Positions 22,401-35,926 are shown, numbered from the whole stretch's first letter. The stretch: DNA of 63,880 bases, filler included, from Perkinsus chesapeaki ATCC PRA-425 (GCA_013115145.1; 7 parts of 7 records of this genome joined end to end with filler, not necessarily neighbours in it), one strand, 5' to 3'. The notes: generated by a model not told the origin, from the letters alone. Translations and numbers: made by a program.

Positions 22401-23966
22401 CTCACACTGGTCTACGAGTAGCCAATGAGTAGCTTTATTGTTGCCGGAGAGAGGCCCTTTAGAGATTTTTATATTTCAGATGGCGTCCTTGAAATCGAGA
22501 AGTTCATTAAACTGTATGATGTTGATGAGACAGATATCCGTTGATAGCTGCACGTATTAGCACTGCTCTTCACGAGTTTAGTTAGTGATGTGTCATTATA
22601 TATTATACACCTGATTGTGACACCGCCGAAGCTATGCTTTGGCGCTCCTCTAACGCGACTACATGACTCATGTACCACCTAGCCTAGTAGACCAGTGAAA
22701 AATGTATAAGAATGCGGCCAGAAAAACTCCAAGGTATAATGTTGCTCAGTGAGCATTCCGAAATTAGTTGTGACTATTCCTCAGTGTCGTATAACCAATT
22801 CCGGAATGCAATCTGACTTTGTTGTCTGCCCTCCGTCTCCACATTTTCTTCAACGCTGATCACGCGAAGGTAACGGGAAGCGTTGTGAAGACGCGCCCAC
22901 TTTAGGACAAATGCTGGATTAAATAATTTAAAAAGTGCCAAATTACCTGTGTATCATGAGGGTCACAATGAGCTATGTTTCACGGCCGGAAACGCAGTGA
23001 TTAGCGAGAATTTCGCCCGACCGTATCTCGTTACGAGATACGGTCGGGCGAGGTGTTTCATAGGAAAATGCGATTGCTCCGTGTGGCACACAATTAACAT
23101 TTTAATGAAGGTGGTTCAACGCCGCGTAGGGTTGTACGGAAAACTTCTTATTACCCAGCTTTTCAAAGTGTTATTCCAACATGACCCCCCGAGTCCCTCG
23201 CAAATCGCTTCTGTTTCCTGTGCGGCTACCAGAATAACAACAAAGGCTCTCTGACTTCACAGGCCTCAACTAAATCCCGGATTGAGCTCGTATGCGCACG
23301 CCGACGGGCTCGTATTACAGGGCATGCAAAGCAGACTGGGGGGCCCAGTCTGGGGCGGACTCAATTTGCTGCCTCGAGTTTACTGGCTCCCCTATGACGA
23401 GGCTTGATACTATCAAGCCTCGTCAAATTGATAGGCTATTAATAACTGCAAGTGAAGAGAAACTGTATCGATGCAGCTCTACTCCAGAAATCTGCCAAGA
23501 TAGATAGTCACACGAATAGTGTTTGTTGGGCACCACCAAACTACGCATTCAGTATCACTGATTGAGTTATCCAGTTTGCTAAGCTACTAAGTAGCCTATC
23601 ATTACTTTTTTCTTCGTTAGCCGAGCAAGCAGGCTACTTTACTATCCCGGTGCATGTCTCAATAAAGGATGACCATTCGGTTTCACTTCTATTGTATGAG
23701 AAGCAAAGGTTCTGAAGTTCGGCAGCTGAATTGGTTATAGACGATATTTATTATAATATTACAACTTCGGATACCTTGTGACACATATATCATCTACAGC
23801 ATTTCCCGGTCATGTTTCCGACTCGCGCACTCTTATATCCGACTGGCGCGCATCAAATATCCGGAANNNNNNNNNNNNNNNNNNNNNNNNNNNNNNNNNN
23901 NNNNNNNNNNTTAATTAATTAANNNNNNNNNNNNNNNNNNNNNNNNNNNNNNNNNNNNNNNNNNNN

Positions 23967-25836
23967 TCAACTCGGTCTTTCCGGCACATCTCCAAGATAA
24001 CCAATCCTCTTCTGTTAAATAGTCGTTATCATCCGCACTATACACCGTGATTGCATCATCACCTGAAGCAGTTGTAGCCATACCGGCGGTTTCGAGCTCA
24101 TCAAGTGAGAGGCGACCATCACCGTTAAGATCGATGGTCGAGAAGACACTCTCAATGCCACCGTTCGTGTAGGCTGGTGAGACATTGGGAATACCTTCGT
24201 ACACGTTGACGAAGTTCTGACCAGATGTGCAGATTACATCACCAAGTGTCGGGTGATATATCGCTGACAGGAAGCCAAAGATAGAGCTCGAAGTGACGCC
24301 GGCGAAGAATAGAGTAAAGATCCAAGCACCTGCAATTTTGAGGAACAGGCTCCAGTTAACACTCTTACGACCATTCTTCTCACACAAACCAACACCGATA
24401 GTTGATCCAACCATACAGTGTGTAGTTGACAGGGGAATACCCAGGTTAGAACCAACCAGAACTACCCAGGCAGATCCAAGCTCGATAGAGGAGCCACGAG
24501 CAGGACTAATCTTGATGAGACTACAACCGACCGTCCTCATGACATTATAACCGTAGGTAAGGAGGCCAATCACAATACCGGCACCACCGAAGAAGAGGAT
24601 CCACATCGGGACAGCAACACTTGAGACAACATCGGCAGTTTGCCAGATGCCCCAGATAGAAGCGATCGGTCCAATAGCATTAGCGACATCGTTAGCACCA
24701 TGACTGATTGATGCAAAGGAAGCACTGACCACTTGCAAGATCTTAAAGGTCTCCTCGGCCTTTGGCGGGAAAACTTCAGCATTATCTTGAATGGCAGCAA
24801 TAGTAGCATCAGCCTCACGCGCCTCAGAATGAAGATCACGGTTGAAGGCATGCTTATTCTGCTTCACCTGAACGGGGCTCCCTTCAACCTTAGTTACTCC
24901 AGAGCAAGCGTCGTCAGCCTCAGCTTCCTCCTTCTTAGAGCTATCACTAGAATCTGTGCGCTTGCCAGGAACATTCCCAGGCAAGGGCAACTCGGCAACA
25001 TCAGGTGCAGCAGCAATACGACGCTTAACTAGACGATAAGTGGCGAAATAAGTGATAAAGGCAAGGACAACGCCGGCACCAATGGCAGCCAAAGCTGCGA
25101 AACCAGGTTGATTGCTGGCGAATGCTTTTATCTGCTCTTGAGAGTTCTTGAATACAATGAACAGACAGACACTGATGAAGACGATCAACAGCAATATAGG
25201 GAAAAAGCGGTAGGAATACTTCGCTGCCTTATCCCCTTTACGGAGGATGAACGTACGAACCAATAAGAACCAAGAACCACCAACTATAGCAGCAAGAAGT
25301 GGTGAAGTAAGCCATGATACGATAATCATCAACACTGACATCCAATCGACCGCTTCATAGCTGACGGACATTCCAACACCGATAAGGCCACCGATGATGG
25401 AATGAGTTGTCGAAACGGGAAATGACATTATAGTTGCGATGATGAGCCACGCACCAGCACCAGTTAGCGCAGAGAACATGGCAAGCATCAACAGATCGGG
25501 GTTATAGATGAAATAATCGCCATTAAGGATCCCCTTGCGAACAGTATCAGTCACGGAGGCACCCATACCGATAACACCAACCATCTCACAGATAGCGGCC
25601 AGAACGACGGCCTGCTTCAGAGTTACAGATTTTGCCCCAACTGCAGCCGAGAATGAGTTAGCAACATCGTTGGCACCAATACCATAGGCCATAATGAAAC
25701 CAACAATGAAACCCAGAACAACCAACCATAAGAACTCGCTTTGGAAGGCAGGCAAGTCAGTTGCAATGGTAGTAGGGCTTGCTAATGAATACACCAATGT
25801 CGGTAGAAGAACTGCTACAACGGAAGACCGCAACAT
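23967..25836 (-). CDS. PiT/SLC20 (PHO4-family) Na+-dependent phosphate transporter with signal-like N-terminus and C-terminal EF-hand; intronless, 3' end in gap
   Basis: Both PiT signatures are present: GIGANDVANSF...PVSTTHSIIG and HGANDVANAIGP...GIPLSTTHCMVG. The C-tail contains DLNGDGRLSLDE. Confidence 0.93.
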
Positions 25837-26937
25837 TGGAAGCTACAGATGAAGGCAAACTGAAAAAAACACGTTTGATTACTCGTTTGCTGTATTACGA
25901 TCAACTCCTATTACGTACGATCAAATTAGCTAGAAGACAAATCACACATTTGAGGTATTTAACGCTAGAAGGTACTCAAACACACAATTGGAGACAATTC
26001 AAGATTCTTGAACCAAGAATCCCGCTGCATCCCCCCGAGGCTAGACGTGGGCATGCGTGCAGGCGCCGCGTGCCGATATCAGGATCCTTTACGCTGTAAT
26101 TTACAGCAACCATACAGTCATTGATATCGATGCAAGACATTTCCCTTGAAGGTTGATATATACTCCAGGGGGTAGAGCACAACAGCCTCAACAACTAATC
26201 GGGCAGTGAAATGGGCAATAGCTTGGCGCGCCACCAGTGGCTTTGGCATGTCTACACTGAAATAGGAAAGCATGTTCTCTAGGGAAGTCCAGATAGAGAT
26301 TAGAAAACAATCAGCTTTAGACTTGACGGAGAGCCAAGGCGCAGGGTCCGGTGTGAAGCACTGATGAGGCCGTCTCGGACTCGACGGCGCCCTTAGCGAT
26401 TGGGACTGGAGGAGATGATGTCGCTGGCGGCGACTCGCTGGTAAAAATGTAAGGCAGCTATAGAGAAAGAAGAATAGACAGGAGATAGCGACCATCATAT
26501 GGCAATGAGAAAAGACTAGCTGCTGAGGAAAGCGAGCGGGAATACTGGAACAGTATTCGGCATTGTAACTTCGCTCGAGCACAAGTAGCCTAACTCATCA
26601 TAAACAATGCTGGTTACGCGGCAAAGGCTACGTGGTACTTAGAAAATAGAACGTACACTATGCTAACAACTGTTTAACATGTGACCTCTCGCCTCAGTTA
26701 CATCGGAGGGATTTCCCCCAATGTAGGCAGGAGAGCGTTTAAAGAATTGAGAAAGATTCCCGACTAGCAAGCTTCGATGGAATTGGACACAAAACAGTCT
26801 CATGAGGACATCTCTAGCACGCGGGTATCCCAGTTTTCCACGACTAAAGCCAAGATGTACCACGTGTTCTGCACGAACCTCCTCCCTATGCGGGGATCCC
26901 CAACGCAACACTGCAATAAAAGAAACACGAACACAGT

Positions 26938-29689
26938 CTATCTTATAAGTGCCTCAATGCACCTTATTATGAGACCAAGCTTGGACAACAACAATTTCTG
27001 TGCCTGACAACACCACACCACAACACATAACGCCTCACAACGAACAAATCTTATGTTCATGCGTGCATTTTCAGCACGCATACGTCCTACCGCCGTGTCC
27101 GAATCCCGTATATTCTGGGCGCTCACAAAACTGCGGGGATCTTGCTCGAGGCTCTTTAAATCGTCCACAACGCTTCCCAGAACTTCCGTGGCTTCGGGCA
27201 CACCTGACAAAGTCGTGTTCCGGAGGAGGCCTGGCCGGTGACCTACTTCGTATCAAAGATGCACTGAGCGAAAGCGCTAACTCTCGCAGCCAGTCCATTT
27301 TAGTGTCCACCACCGATACCGTGATGTCCTCCATCGGTCTTCTCAATTGAAGTGTTATCGCTTCGACTGAATCGACATCATTTATAATTAGGAATCTGAA
27401 TACGCCTCACTTAGCCGTATTTTTAGATCAGGTCGAGTGCTGAGCGGCGGAGTCGAGGTGCCCGGAAGAGCATGAGTAAGCCATTGCTCCGGCTGGGATG
27501 ACGTCATATCGAGGAGCTCCTGGAGAACATCTTCACTCGGGGACTTGCTACGAGCCTGATGAAAGAGAACGGTGATATGCACGCATGCACATGGTTGACG
27601 GGCAACCTCCGAGGGAAATACAAAACCTGGCAATAAAATGGGCCCCCCTCTACGGCTTACTTCATCCAACGTATAGTCAACAACAGCTTCGAAAGCATCA
27701 TCCCAGCGACCCCTAGCAACCAGCTCATTCATCTGCCGCCTAATCGCACTCGACGTATCTAATCAAACGGCACAACGCGCATCGCAATATTAATCAATTC
27801 AAGCTTCTCGCGAAATCGCCTTCTGCGACGAAAAGAGTTGGCGAAAATACTCCACAGGGAACAGTCCCAAAGCTCTTCCAAGCTTCTCTGCCTACATGGA
27901 GCCCTTCTCTCACTTCCGCCATTCATCCCTCGTATTTCCTGAAAGCACCTAATGCCCTGGAAATGGGTATCGTTACCTCCTGTAGACTCTTCATCTGAGA
28001 AGCCATCGGCGCTATAATCTGTTTCCTCACTTGGTCGAGAACCTGGCCGCGATGAGCCATGAGGTCGATTAGCATCCACCTACTAGTTCGGCAACTTCCG
28101 AATCCATCGGCCGACTGGGCGAAGAAAGTGCGCTTGTGTCAAATTGCCGAGCGAAGGCTTCATCCTGGAAATGCGAGGTGCCGGAATCGAACCTCTGCGG
28201 AGTAGAAGCCACACTACTCTGTCGAGAGCCCTTAACTGGTCCACCACATCGGAAAGCTGTGAACTCATTGCGCTGCCAGCGAACTGCTGTTTCCTGAGTC
28301 AACCATGTGCCCCTTCCCGTCCAGGTGGGTTACTGTGCCAAGCTTCGAACCCGACTTTCTAGAGTTTTGCATTTTGCCGACAATGAAGATATCTAACAGG
28401 GACCGATAGGGCGACCTCAAGATATTCCGGCACACCGTTTGTTGGGAAGTCTCCAAAGCCTTCGTAAGTTCGCCGATTTGGGCTGATTGATCAGCTGTTA
28501 CTTTCAACCTGAGGGATATCTTAAAGTCGAGCGTGCAGGATATGCAGGAGGTCGTGGTTTCGCCCGCGACATTTTTACGTAAGAGAATCCACGCAGTTGA
28601 GCATAGCCGGCACTAATCTTTGCCTGAGTTCATTCGAAAGACACTTTTCCAGCTCCGAGTCCAATGCCTCCTCCAATACGTTCTTCACCTGAGATTCGGT
28701 AATCCAAGCAGTTCGCCAAATACTAAACCGCAACACACTCGTGCAGGACGTTTACAGGTTTAAGCCTTCTAGCCTCATAGACATATGTTCCTCGAGGCCA
28801 AAAATGTTCCTACTGCGGAGATAGGATAGAAACTCCTGCATGAAATACGTTGGCGATGACGATAAAATGCACTGCACCCATTCTAGTAACGCCTGGTGTC
28901 CCTATATGAGTCCCTGAACCTTTCTACGAAAAAAAGTGCCACGATAAAGGTATATCTGATACCTCCAGCCCCCTCCCCAGTCCATGTCGCTCAGTACCTC
29001 ATCGCCTGAAGCAGCCTCCGACACTCCTTTATCGATCTCCGAAGCTATCCTCTTTACAAACGTCTCATCCATAACCATATGAGCCACCGACCGATAAATG
29101 ACCGCTTGCATGCTATTAACAAGCTCAGCTAAATGATCAACAGCCTACTCAAGAATACTAGCCGAACAGGTAACAGTAGTAGGCACCTCTGAAGAGTTCA
29201 TCTCTGTTATCTCTGGCAGCATCTTTGTTTGTATGTCACTTTGCAGTGCCGATTTTATCGCTGAAACAGGATTTTAATCGACTATTTGGGATCCTTGGTC
29301 GATATAAACCCTTCCACGTATCGATCCAATCCAAGGCTTAGCTCTTCAAGTCGCACGAGGAAGAACGTGTAAGGTACGCCAATGTAAGGAAAATTAATGT
29401 AATGGAGCTAGAGAGAATGCGTGTACATTATATCAAGCCAACTACTCTCACCCATTTCATATCTTGCAAGCTCGACCTCAAGATACCCATCTTTACTACC
29501 TGGTCCATAGTACTTGAGCGTACTGTAGCTCACCACATCATCATCACTCAATCTAGCCGGTCGACCTTCATTGAACAACTTTTTAAATGTAGGATTAGCT
29601 GCTCCAAGCCTGCTGCTTCTATGATGACGGTGATGTCCGTTCTTTGCCTGCTCGCCATCTGCCGCTTGGTTTTCTATTTTACTAGACAT
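26938..29689 (-). CDS. Multi-exon hypothetical protein with coiled-coil and EDC4/Ge-1/Varicose C-terminal-like domain
   Basis: ATG 29689 (MSSKIEN...). Late exons give MNELVARGRWDDAFEAVV and, after a 43-bp intron, DTKMDWLRELALSLSASLIRS|VPEATEVLGSVVDDLKSL, resembling the EDC4 C-terminal helices. The 3' end is approximate. Confidence 0.45.
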
Positions 29690-29953
29690 AAAAATGGATA
29701 AAAATAAACTCAAAGGGGCGTGTGCGTGAGACTCGCGATAGAATAGACTCTCGGAGAACATGGGTCAAAGGGGGTGCGGATGTCTCTCGCGGACGTGATT
29801 AGATCGATTTGATAGGAAATCTTGGTCGACTTGAGTAGTCTTGAAATTCCCACAAAAAGTATCTTGATGTCGACCTTGCAAGATATGAAATAGGTTAATT
29901 GGACTACTTTTAGTCAAACGTATTATTAATATCCTTCCTCGACTTGACTCTCG

Positions 29954-31447
29954 ATGGATGCTCAACAGCCCAAGATAAACGAATCTGACATAGTCGTCGA
30001 TGGCCAAACGGAAGTGGACGATTTGCTGTTCGCCCAGAAAATGGCCGAGGTAGCCTCTTCGTTATTACCAATTCTTAACTGTCATTTTTTCGATTGATCG
30101 AACTGAAAATTTCGACTATCATCAATCCTCCTGCTGTGGCATCTCAACTGGATTCGTATTACGCAAAGAATTGGGTTTGTACGATATAGACCGTATGGAA
30201 TTCTTATTGTCGTTTTTGGTCAATCGTAAAAGGATATCGGTGGTTATTTCAGGTGGAACTGCGAGCCATGCCGAGCACGGCCCCTTTGAACCCGATAGCC
30301 CCCAGTCTGCTGCTTCGGAAGGAGGCCAAGTGCCAGGACTATGATGATCTATCTGATGACGATACCGATGCTGAAGAGGAGGACGTTGTTAAGGAGGATA
30401 AGCCTAATGCAGCCGCCTCGCCAGCAGTGGGCGAAATCAAGGTACTTTCTCGGGTATATAGAACGTTGCATTCGACGTTTGGCTAGACTGAAAACCAGAC
30501 AGACGCTGGTCTCAGCAAACCAGAAGGATACGAGAAAGAGAGGTCAATGCTGGACTCGGTGATCGCAGGGAATAAATTTGATGTAAATCCGAATGGGGGG
30601 ATTTCATACCGTATTTCCTTCGCAAATGGTCAGGTAATAGAGGATGATTCTGATGTTGGAGATGATGATGAGGAAGGCGAAACGATCATTGGCTCTCTTT
30701 CGGCTTTGGAGAACACCATTCCAGATGGAGAAGAAATTCGGAAGATTGGTGATAATTTTCGTGCGCGCACATTCGCTGTGAAGTAGAAGCGGCCGGACCG
30801 TATTGACTCCACGTTTCAGGCTCGATACATTCAGTTGTGGAAAAATGCATTGTCGTCCGTGGCGATGACATAGCGAGCTCCGACATGGCTCTCGACGTCG
30901 AGAGCGTCCTCTGCGATCAAAATCGACGAGTTATCGGTATGATCGTCGAAACCTTCGGGCAGGTAGTACTATCCGCCACTGCCAATAGTAGTTTCTTATT
31001 CATCGTGCTAGACTGCGGCGCCGATGTATTTGGTGTATCCGAAAGATGGATTCAATACCTCCCAATTGACCTTGGAAAAGGTCAATGCGATCGGCCCGTC
31101 AGTTTACGCTGTTGTCAGCCGAATGAAGATGGTGTCCATTGAGGCAGACGATCTGGCCCATGGCGGGAATGCTATTGTGGACGGAGGAGCCGATTCCGAT
31201 GACGACATGAATTCCCCTCCGAGAGCCATTAGCAGCACGCCTGCTTTCGATGCTGAAGCCCACATGCGCGATCTGCCTCCCCCGGCGTTAAGCAGAGGAA
31301 AAGGGAAAGGGAAAGGGAAGGGCGCAAGTTCGAATCCCGGCAAGGGTTATTCTGAGGGGTCCGGATATGGCAAGGGAGGTTGGGAAGGCTGGAGTGGACC
31401 GAATTGGGAATGGAACTCTCCTATGCCGTGGGCTCCCCCACCTCACT
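29954..31447 (+). CDS. NAF1: H/ACA RNP assembly factor NAF1 (Gar1/Naf1 domain), multi-exon, 3' end in gap
   Basis: Acidic N-terminus, then SIHSVVEKCIVV...LDVESVLCDQNRRVIGMIVETFGQ|..APMYLV (Gar1/Naf1 core), and a Gly/Pro-rich tail. Confidence 0.8.
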
Positions 31448-31638
31448 NNNNNNNNNNNNNNNNNNNNNNNNNNNNNNNNNNNNNNNNNNNNTTAATTAAT
31501 TAANNNNNNNNNNNNNNNNNNNNNNNNNNNNNNNNNNNNNNNNNNNNGTCATCTGCATTGTGTTCATTATGGATCCGCCACCAGCTCTTTCCGACGGACA
31601 CCTTGGTTCGTCGCCACACGTTGAGACTTGAGAGGTAG

Positions 31639-31669
31639 TAAGATAGCAAGATTAAATCTTGCTATCTTA
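31639..31669. repeat. Perfect 15-bp inverted repeat, 1-nt centre
   Basis: taagatagcaagatt-a-aatcttgctatctta. Confidence 0.92.
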
Positions 31670-31956
31670 AAGATTTGATCCTTGCATTAGCGTATTCTTA
31701 AAGTAAGCTCTGTTAAAGCTTAATCCATCAGCCGCTGCCCAATATCTGTTATCTACTAATCGTTATATAAGTTATTACCTCAAATGGGCAAGAATAGTGT
31801 TAGACCCAGTAAGGGAAGGAAAAGCACTGGTCTAGAAGAAGGAAATCTGTCCGAGTCATCCATAGCTAATAAGAGCCCTCCCCCCTCGCATAATACACCA
31901 ATGCGATACGGGGGGTCCCGACGGAGGCACTTTCCGGTCCCGGTGTTCCACCGGGA

Positions 31957-32015
31957 CACTTTTTACCGACTGCCTCCACCGCCGGCCTGGCGGTGGAGGC
32001 AGTCGGTAAAAAGTG
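31957..32015. repeat. 29-bp inverted repeat, 1-nt centre, one G.T mismatch
   Basis: cactttttaccgactgcctccaccgccgg-c-ctggcggtggaggcagtcggtaaaaagtg. It abuts a 9-bp hairpin gtcccggtg-ttc-caccgggac (31937-31957). Confidence 0.93.
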
Positions 32016-32503
32016 CGCATTATTGAGTATGAGAGGCGGGCCTTTGGCCCGCCGTATGTCGGAACACACGGGAGTCGATTTCTAGCATTCCTTCATAACA
32101 CATTCACCATAATAAGAAATTGTAGAAAACCCCTGGCTGGGGCTCGAACCTTGGACTGCGCATGCGTTCAGATACTTGTGCATGCGTACGGGTCACGAAG
32201 TCGACGTTTCATGTCATGGCCTTACTACTTGATCGTAGTAGTTATATGGTATAACTTATGCGTCTTGATTTGCAGCCTGTGTTGAGCTCGTTAAATTCAT
32301 CCGTGGCTGAACTATTGTTAGTCGCACCTACACTACCACAGGGCTTATCACGAGAAGTCTGTGACAAATTTTATGATAGCTAAACTCACGATAACAATGC
32401 ACTGTAGTGCAAACTTCTAGTGTACGTCGGCGACGTAACGTCGCTTACAACTACAACAACAACTACTACTACTACTGAAATGGGTGAAGGCGCATAGGCC
32501 CTA

Positions 32504-32556
32504 TGCGCATTCTGTAGATGCCCCCTATGTCATAGGGGGGATCTACAGAATGCGCA
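32504..32556. repeat. 26-bp inverted repeat, 1-nt centre, one mismatch
   Basis: tgcgcattctgtagatgccccctatg-t-cataggggggatctacagaatgcgca. It overlaps gcgcatagg-c-cctatgcgc (32490-32508). Confidence 0.92.
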
Positions 32557-34545
32557 AGCGGACTGGTTAGCAAAAATGGGCGGACTTCGGGGCACTGCGG
32601 AAACATGCCCGGTATCCTGGGCCCACGCTAAAGAGATGCTAACGCGTCAGTTCGAGGGTAAGCGAGACCGCGCCTGGGGTAAAGTCAGAAACCGGCTTAA
32701 AACTGCATGGGCGAGACTGGAGCTAGGGGCAGCACATAGGAGACTACTGGAAGGGACTAAGCTGGACACTAACGATCGCAGGAGACTGATTGAATCTATT
32801 AGCGGTCACTCGTGTCTGCGGGACCACTGGGTTAATTTCATTCAAGGGTGTGAGCTGAACTTCAGCTGCTGGCATATAGTCACCCACTGTCACAGTCAGT
32901 TCAGAAGCTGACAGAATTGGCGATATCGCAGTGTGCTTCTGGTTGCAAGCCTCGCTGTTATTGAATCTATAAAAGCTTCATTGTCAGACTGCAGGCAACT
33001 GGAAAGAAGTCAGAACCACAGCTTCGGTCTTTTGGAATTCTAGCGAGAGTCACGTTGACCGGTTCTGCTCCAATGCTGCTCCCATGCTCACCCAACTAAC
33101 GCCAGAAAGATAATCACCTGCTTGATGATCAAGCCTTGATCAGTGTGTGCCAACTCTAAGAAGTATCCAGCGGGTACGTCCCTCATACCTCGAGACATTA
33201 CGCCGGTGTAATCTCTGAATAAAGTTGCAGTACAGATAAGCCCTCTAGCCTAGCATGAGATATATGCGTGTAGCGGGACAGAGCGAGAATGAACCGAACG
33301 AGGTCAGTGGTATCTGGACTCGGCCGGTTGAAGGAGAAGTAGAGATATCCCAATGGGTAGTTTTCATTCCGAAAAATGAAGCTAAATAGGGAAATTACCG
33401 AGATGCAACATCTCAGATGTTGCCAACATCGGCCAATGGCTGCCAATGGCAGGGTAGCGTTGAAGTCTGTTGCCGGTGGTTCAGTCATATGGATGAACTC
33501 AAGGCGGTGAGAAATCAATAAAGGCTTACTTAGTTCGTGACGAACTGTTCGTCAGCTTTGGGTAGAATTAGCTATACAGTAATCGATTAACCGCGCAGTG
33601 GGGCGGCAGCAACTGAGTCTTAGGTCTTGTGCCGCGATGCTGATACAGCCTACCCTGAGAGCAGGCTATTAGACTGAGGCTGAGCAGGATGAGTCATTCT
33701 GAATGACTGTCCACAACACGAGAACTTGCTCAGGAGAAAATGAAAGTGTGAACTCTTGCATGAAGCGCGTCTGGTGACCAGACTCTGGTCGAGAGAAAAT
33801 GGGTGCCTCGTTGTCTCCAAGAGAAGAGCTCGGCATGTTAGAGGTTAAAGAGGTGACGCAGCGGCCAGCTCAGCAATGCAAACAGTTTGTACCCATGCGC
33901 AATGTACGGAACTCCATGGCGATGAGCATATAAATTATATGATGTAATTGCTTATAGTACATAGGAGTTTTTATTACGAGACATACTCCGCCAATATCGG
34001 CGAAAAATGACCTTTGTTTCAACTGCCGTTTGGAAGACCCTATAATGTACCCTGCTAGTGGCAATGGCTGATCATGCAGCTGGTCAGAACTACTTTTCAA
34101 GCTCATCTGCTTCTATTAGACTTCGCGTATAGTGGTCTCATTTGTAATCATGCAGTTATTATTAAGTGCGTACATCTAAGCGTATGAAGAACTGAGCTTT
34201 CCGTTATGTGACTCCGATACCTGCGCGCCAGGTTGGTCGGTTCCCCGGGGCTTATTTTTCAGCTATGCCCGTGGGGCTTACGATTAGCCACCAAGGCTTA
34301 CAGACGGTGGTTCAAGTGGCGTTTACGGGACATTCTCCCCTGCGACGCGTGGAGCGAAACATTCCACGTCACGCTAAGAATAGCGGAAACAATAATTTAT
34401 CTGTGCGACTTATTTACTGATTGTACATCAGTAGTACTCGACTGTTGGCCCCGGCACGATAGAGCAAGCGGAATTAATGAATCATCAATAATAATCTTCT
34501 TGAGATAATTATGCTTAGGTTTAATATATCTTACTGCACGAGTTA

Positions 34546-34992
34546 ATGAGAATGTCGTCCCTCATTTGCAGCATCGCCAATTACCTGGGAATGATGATAC
34601 GTGTTATGGCATATCCAGGATTACCTACTGGGGACTACGCACTTGAGAAACCTCCTAGTCTATGCTTAGGAGCCTGGTGCGATGAAAAGCTTGATATGTT
34701 AACAGCACAGTTGTATGTTAAATGCGGGAATCAAATGGCATCTGTCCCCCTCGTAATGTTGGAGACTAGACCTTTTATATTTTCTGTTTCAAACCAGAGC
34801 ATGCAAGACTACAAAAAATTCTCAGACGACGCCAAGCAAAATTGTGCCCCACTCTTCATCGTTGGCGATCAAGATATGCAAAAGTTGACCTTTGGAAACA
34901 ACAACGAAGACTTACATTTGACGTTTGGTGGTTCGACGAGGTTGCTAAAACATAACCAGACTTGTCCATCGATTGCAAAAGGCCATGCATAG
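34546..34992 (+). CDS. Lineage-specific putatively secreted protein, single exon (distant relative of the 13.6-kb family)
   Basis: 148-aa ORF. Hydrophobic N-terminus followed by YPGLPTGDY, and C-terminal GDQDMQKLTFGNNNEDLHLTFGG parallels GDLQILTFTSGDSCWVTLGG. Confidence 0.6.
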   Translation: MRMSSLICSIANYLGMMIRVMAYPGLPTGDYALEKPPSLCLGAWCDEKLDMLTAQLYVKCGNQMASVPLVMLETRPFIFSVSNQSMQDYKKFSDDAKQNCAPLFIVGDQDMQKLTFGNNNEDLHLTFGGSTRLLKHNQTCPSIAKGHA

Positions 34993-35926
34993 TCCTTGAG
35001 TCGGGGATCATATCATCAGACTAGTTCTGTGATCTATTTCGATGCTTTAGAACTCGTATTTCATCCTCTCATTATTGTTGTGGAGCATGCTACCAGAGCT
35101 GTTCATTTGTACTCTCAACTCCACTGTAGAAGTTCGCAGGTACATAGGGTAACTCTTGGTTGAATAAAACCTCTTTCATTTATTGATCTATTGAAATCGT
35201 TTCCACCCCTCTAGAAGATGTCATTTAGTTAATTAGAATTCCATTCAGTTAATTATAGTTTGGTGCGAGTCCTGCCAAATTGAGGGAGCTAGCTTCTCTG
35301 TTTGGAACTCATCTTTTAAATTAGGTTGCAGAATTCAACTCGAAGGGTTGTGCTTAATGAATTCCGCAAACCGTGAGGCTCCCACTGTCTCGTTAATGGT
35401 ATTCGCTTGCCCAAGTGAGGTACTTGAAGTGGTCAAGCTCTCCCACGATCGTGTATTTGCTGCCTATGCTCGCTAATGATAAGTGAACGCATTATACCTA
35501 GACTTTGAGTAAACTTAATAATTTAATCAATAATAGTTCAAATTTTAGGTTATATTTCAAATGTCCACATTTGACATAATAAGGTATACGGTAGTGAGTA
35601 ACGTAACCTATGATAGTATTAATGATCTTATGATGATACTATTTCAGTATCGCTCGACAGGAAATAGCATTCTAATACTGCGCTATTTCCTCTAGAGGGG
35701 CTCCTTTTGAGGACTTGGCTACCAGATTCAAACTATGATGGTATGAATTTTGAACCAGTGCCAACTCCATATTGGAATAGTGACGCTTTACCAATACAGA
35801 AATGATGTTCATCGGTCAGCATAATTGATCAATCCTTTCTTGAAAGATTTGCACGGTTAGTGTGAGAGTGGCTCAATCGCGGTTAATCGGCTGCATGATG
35901 TCAATGCAGGAGGTTCACTTTGCATT

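Noticed and set aside
32576-32911. 111-aa ORF with a gag-like phrase (VSWAHAKEMLTRQF)
   Set aside because: The similarity is too weak, with no knuckle, protease or LTR nearby. It is kept only as context for the palindrome cluster.
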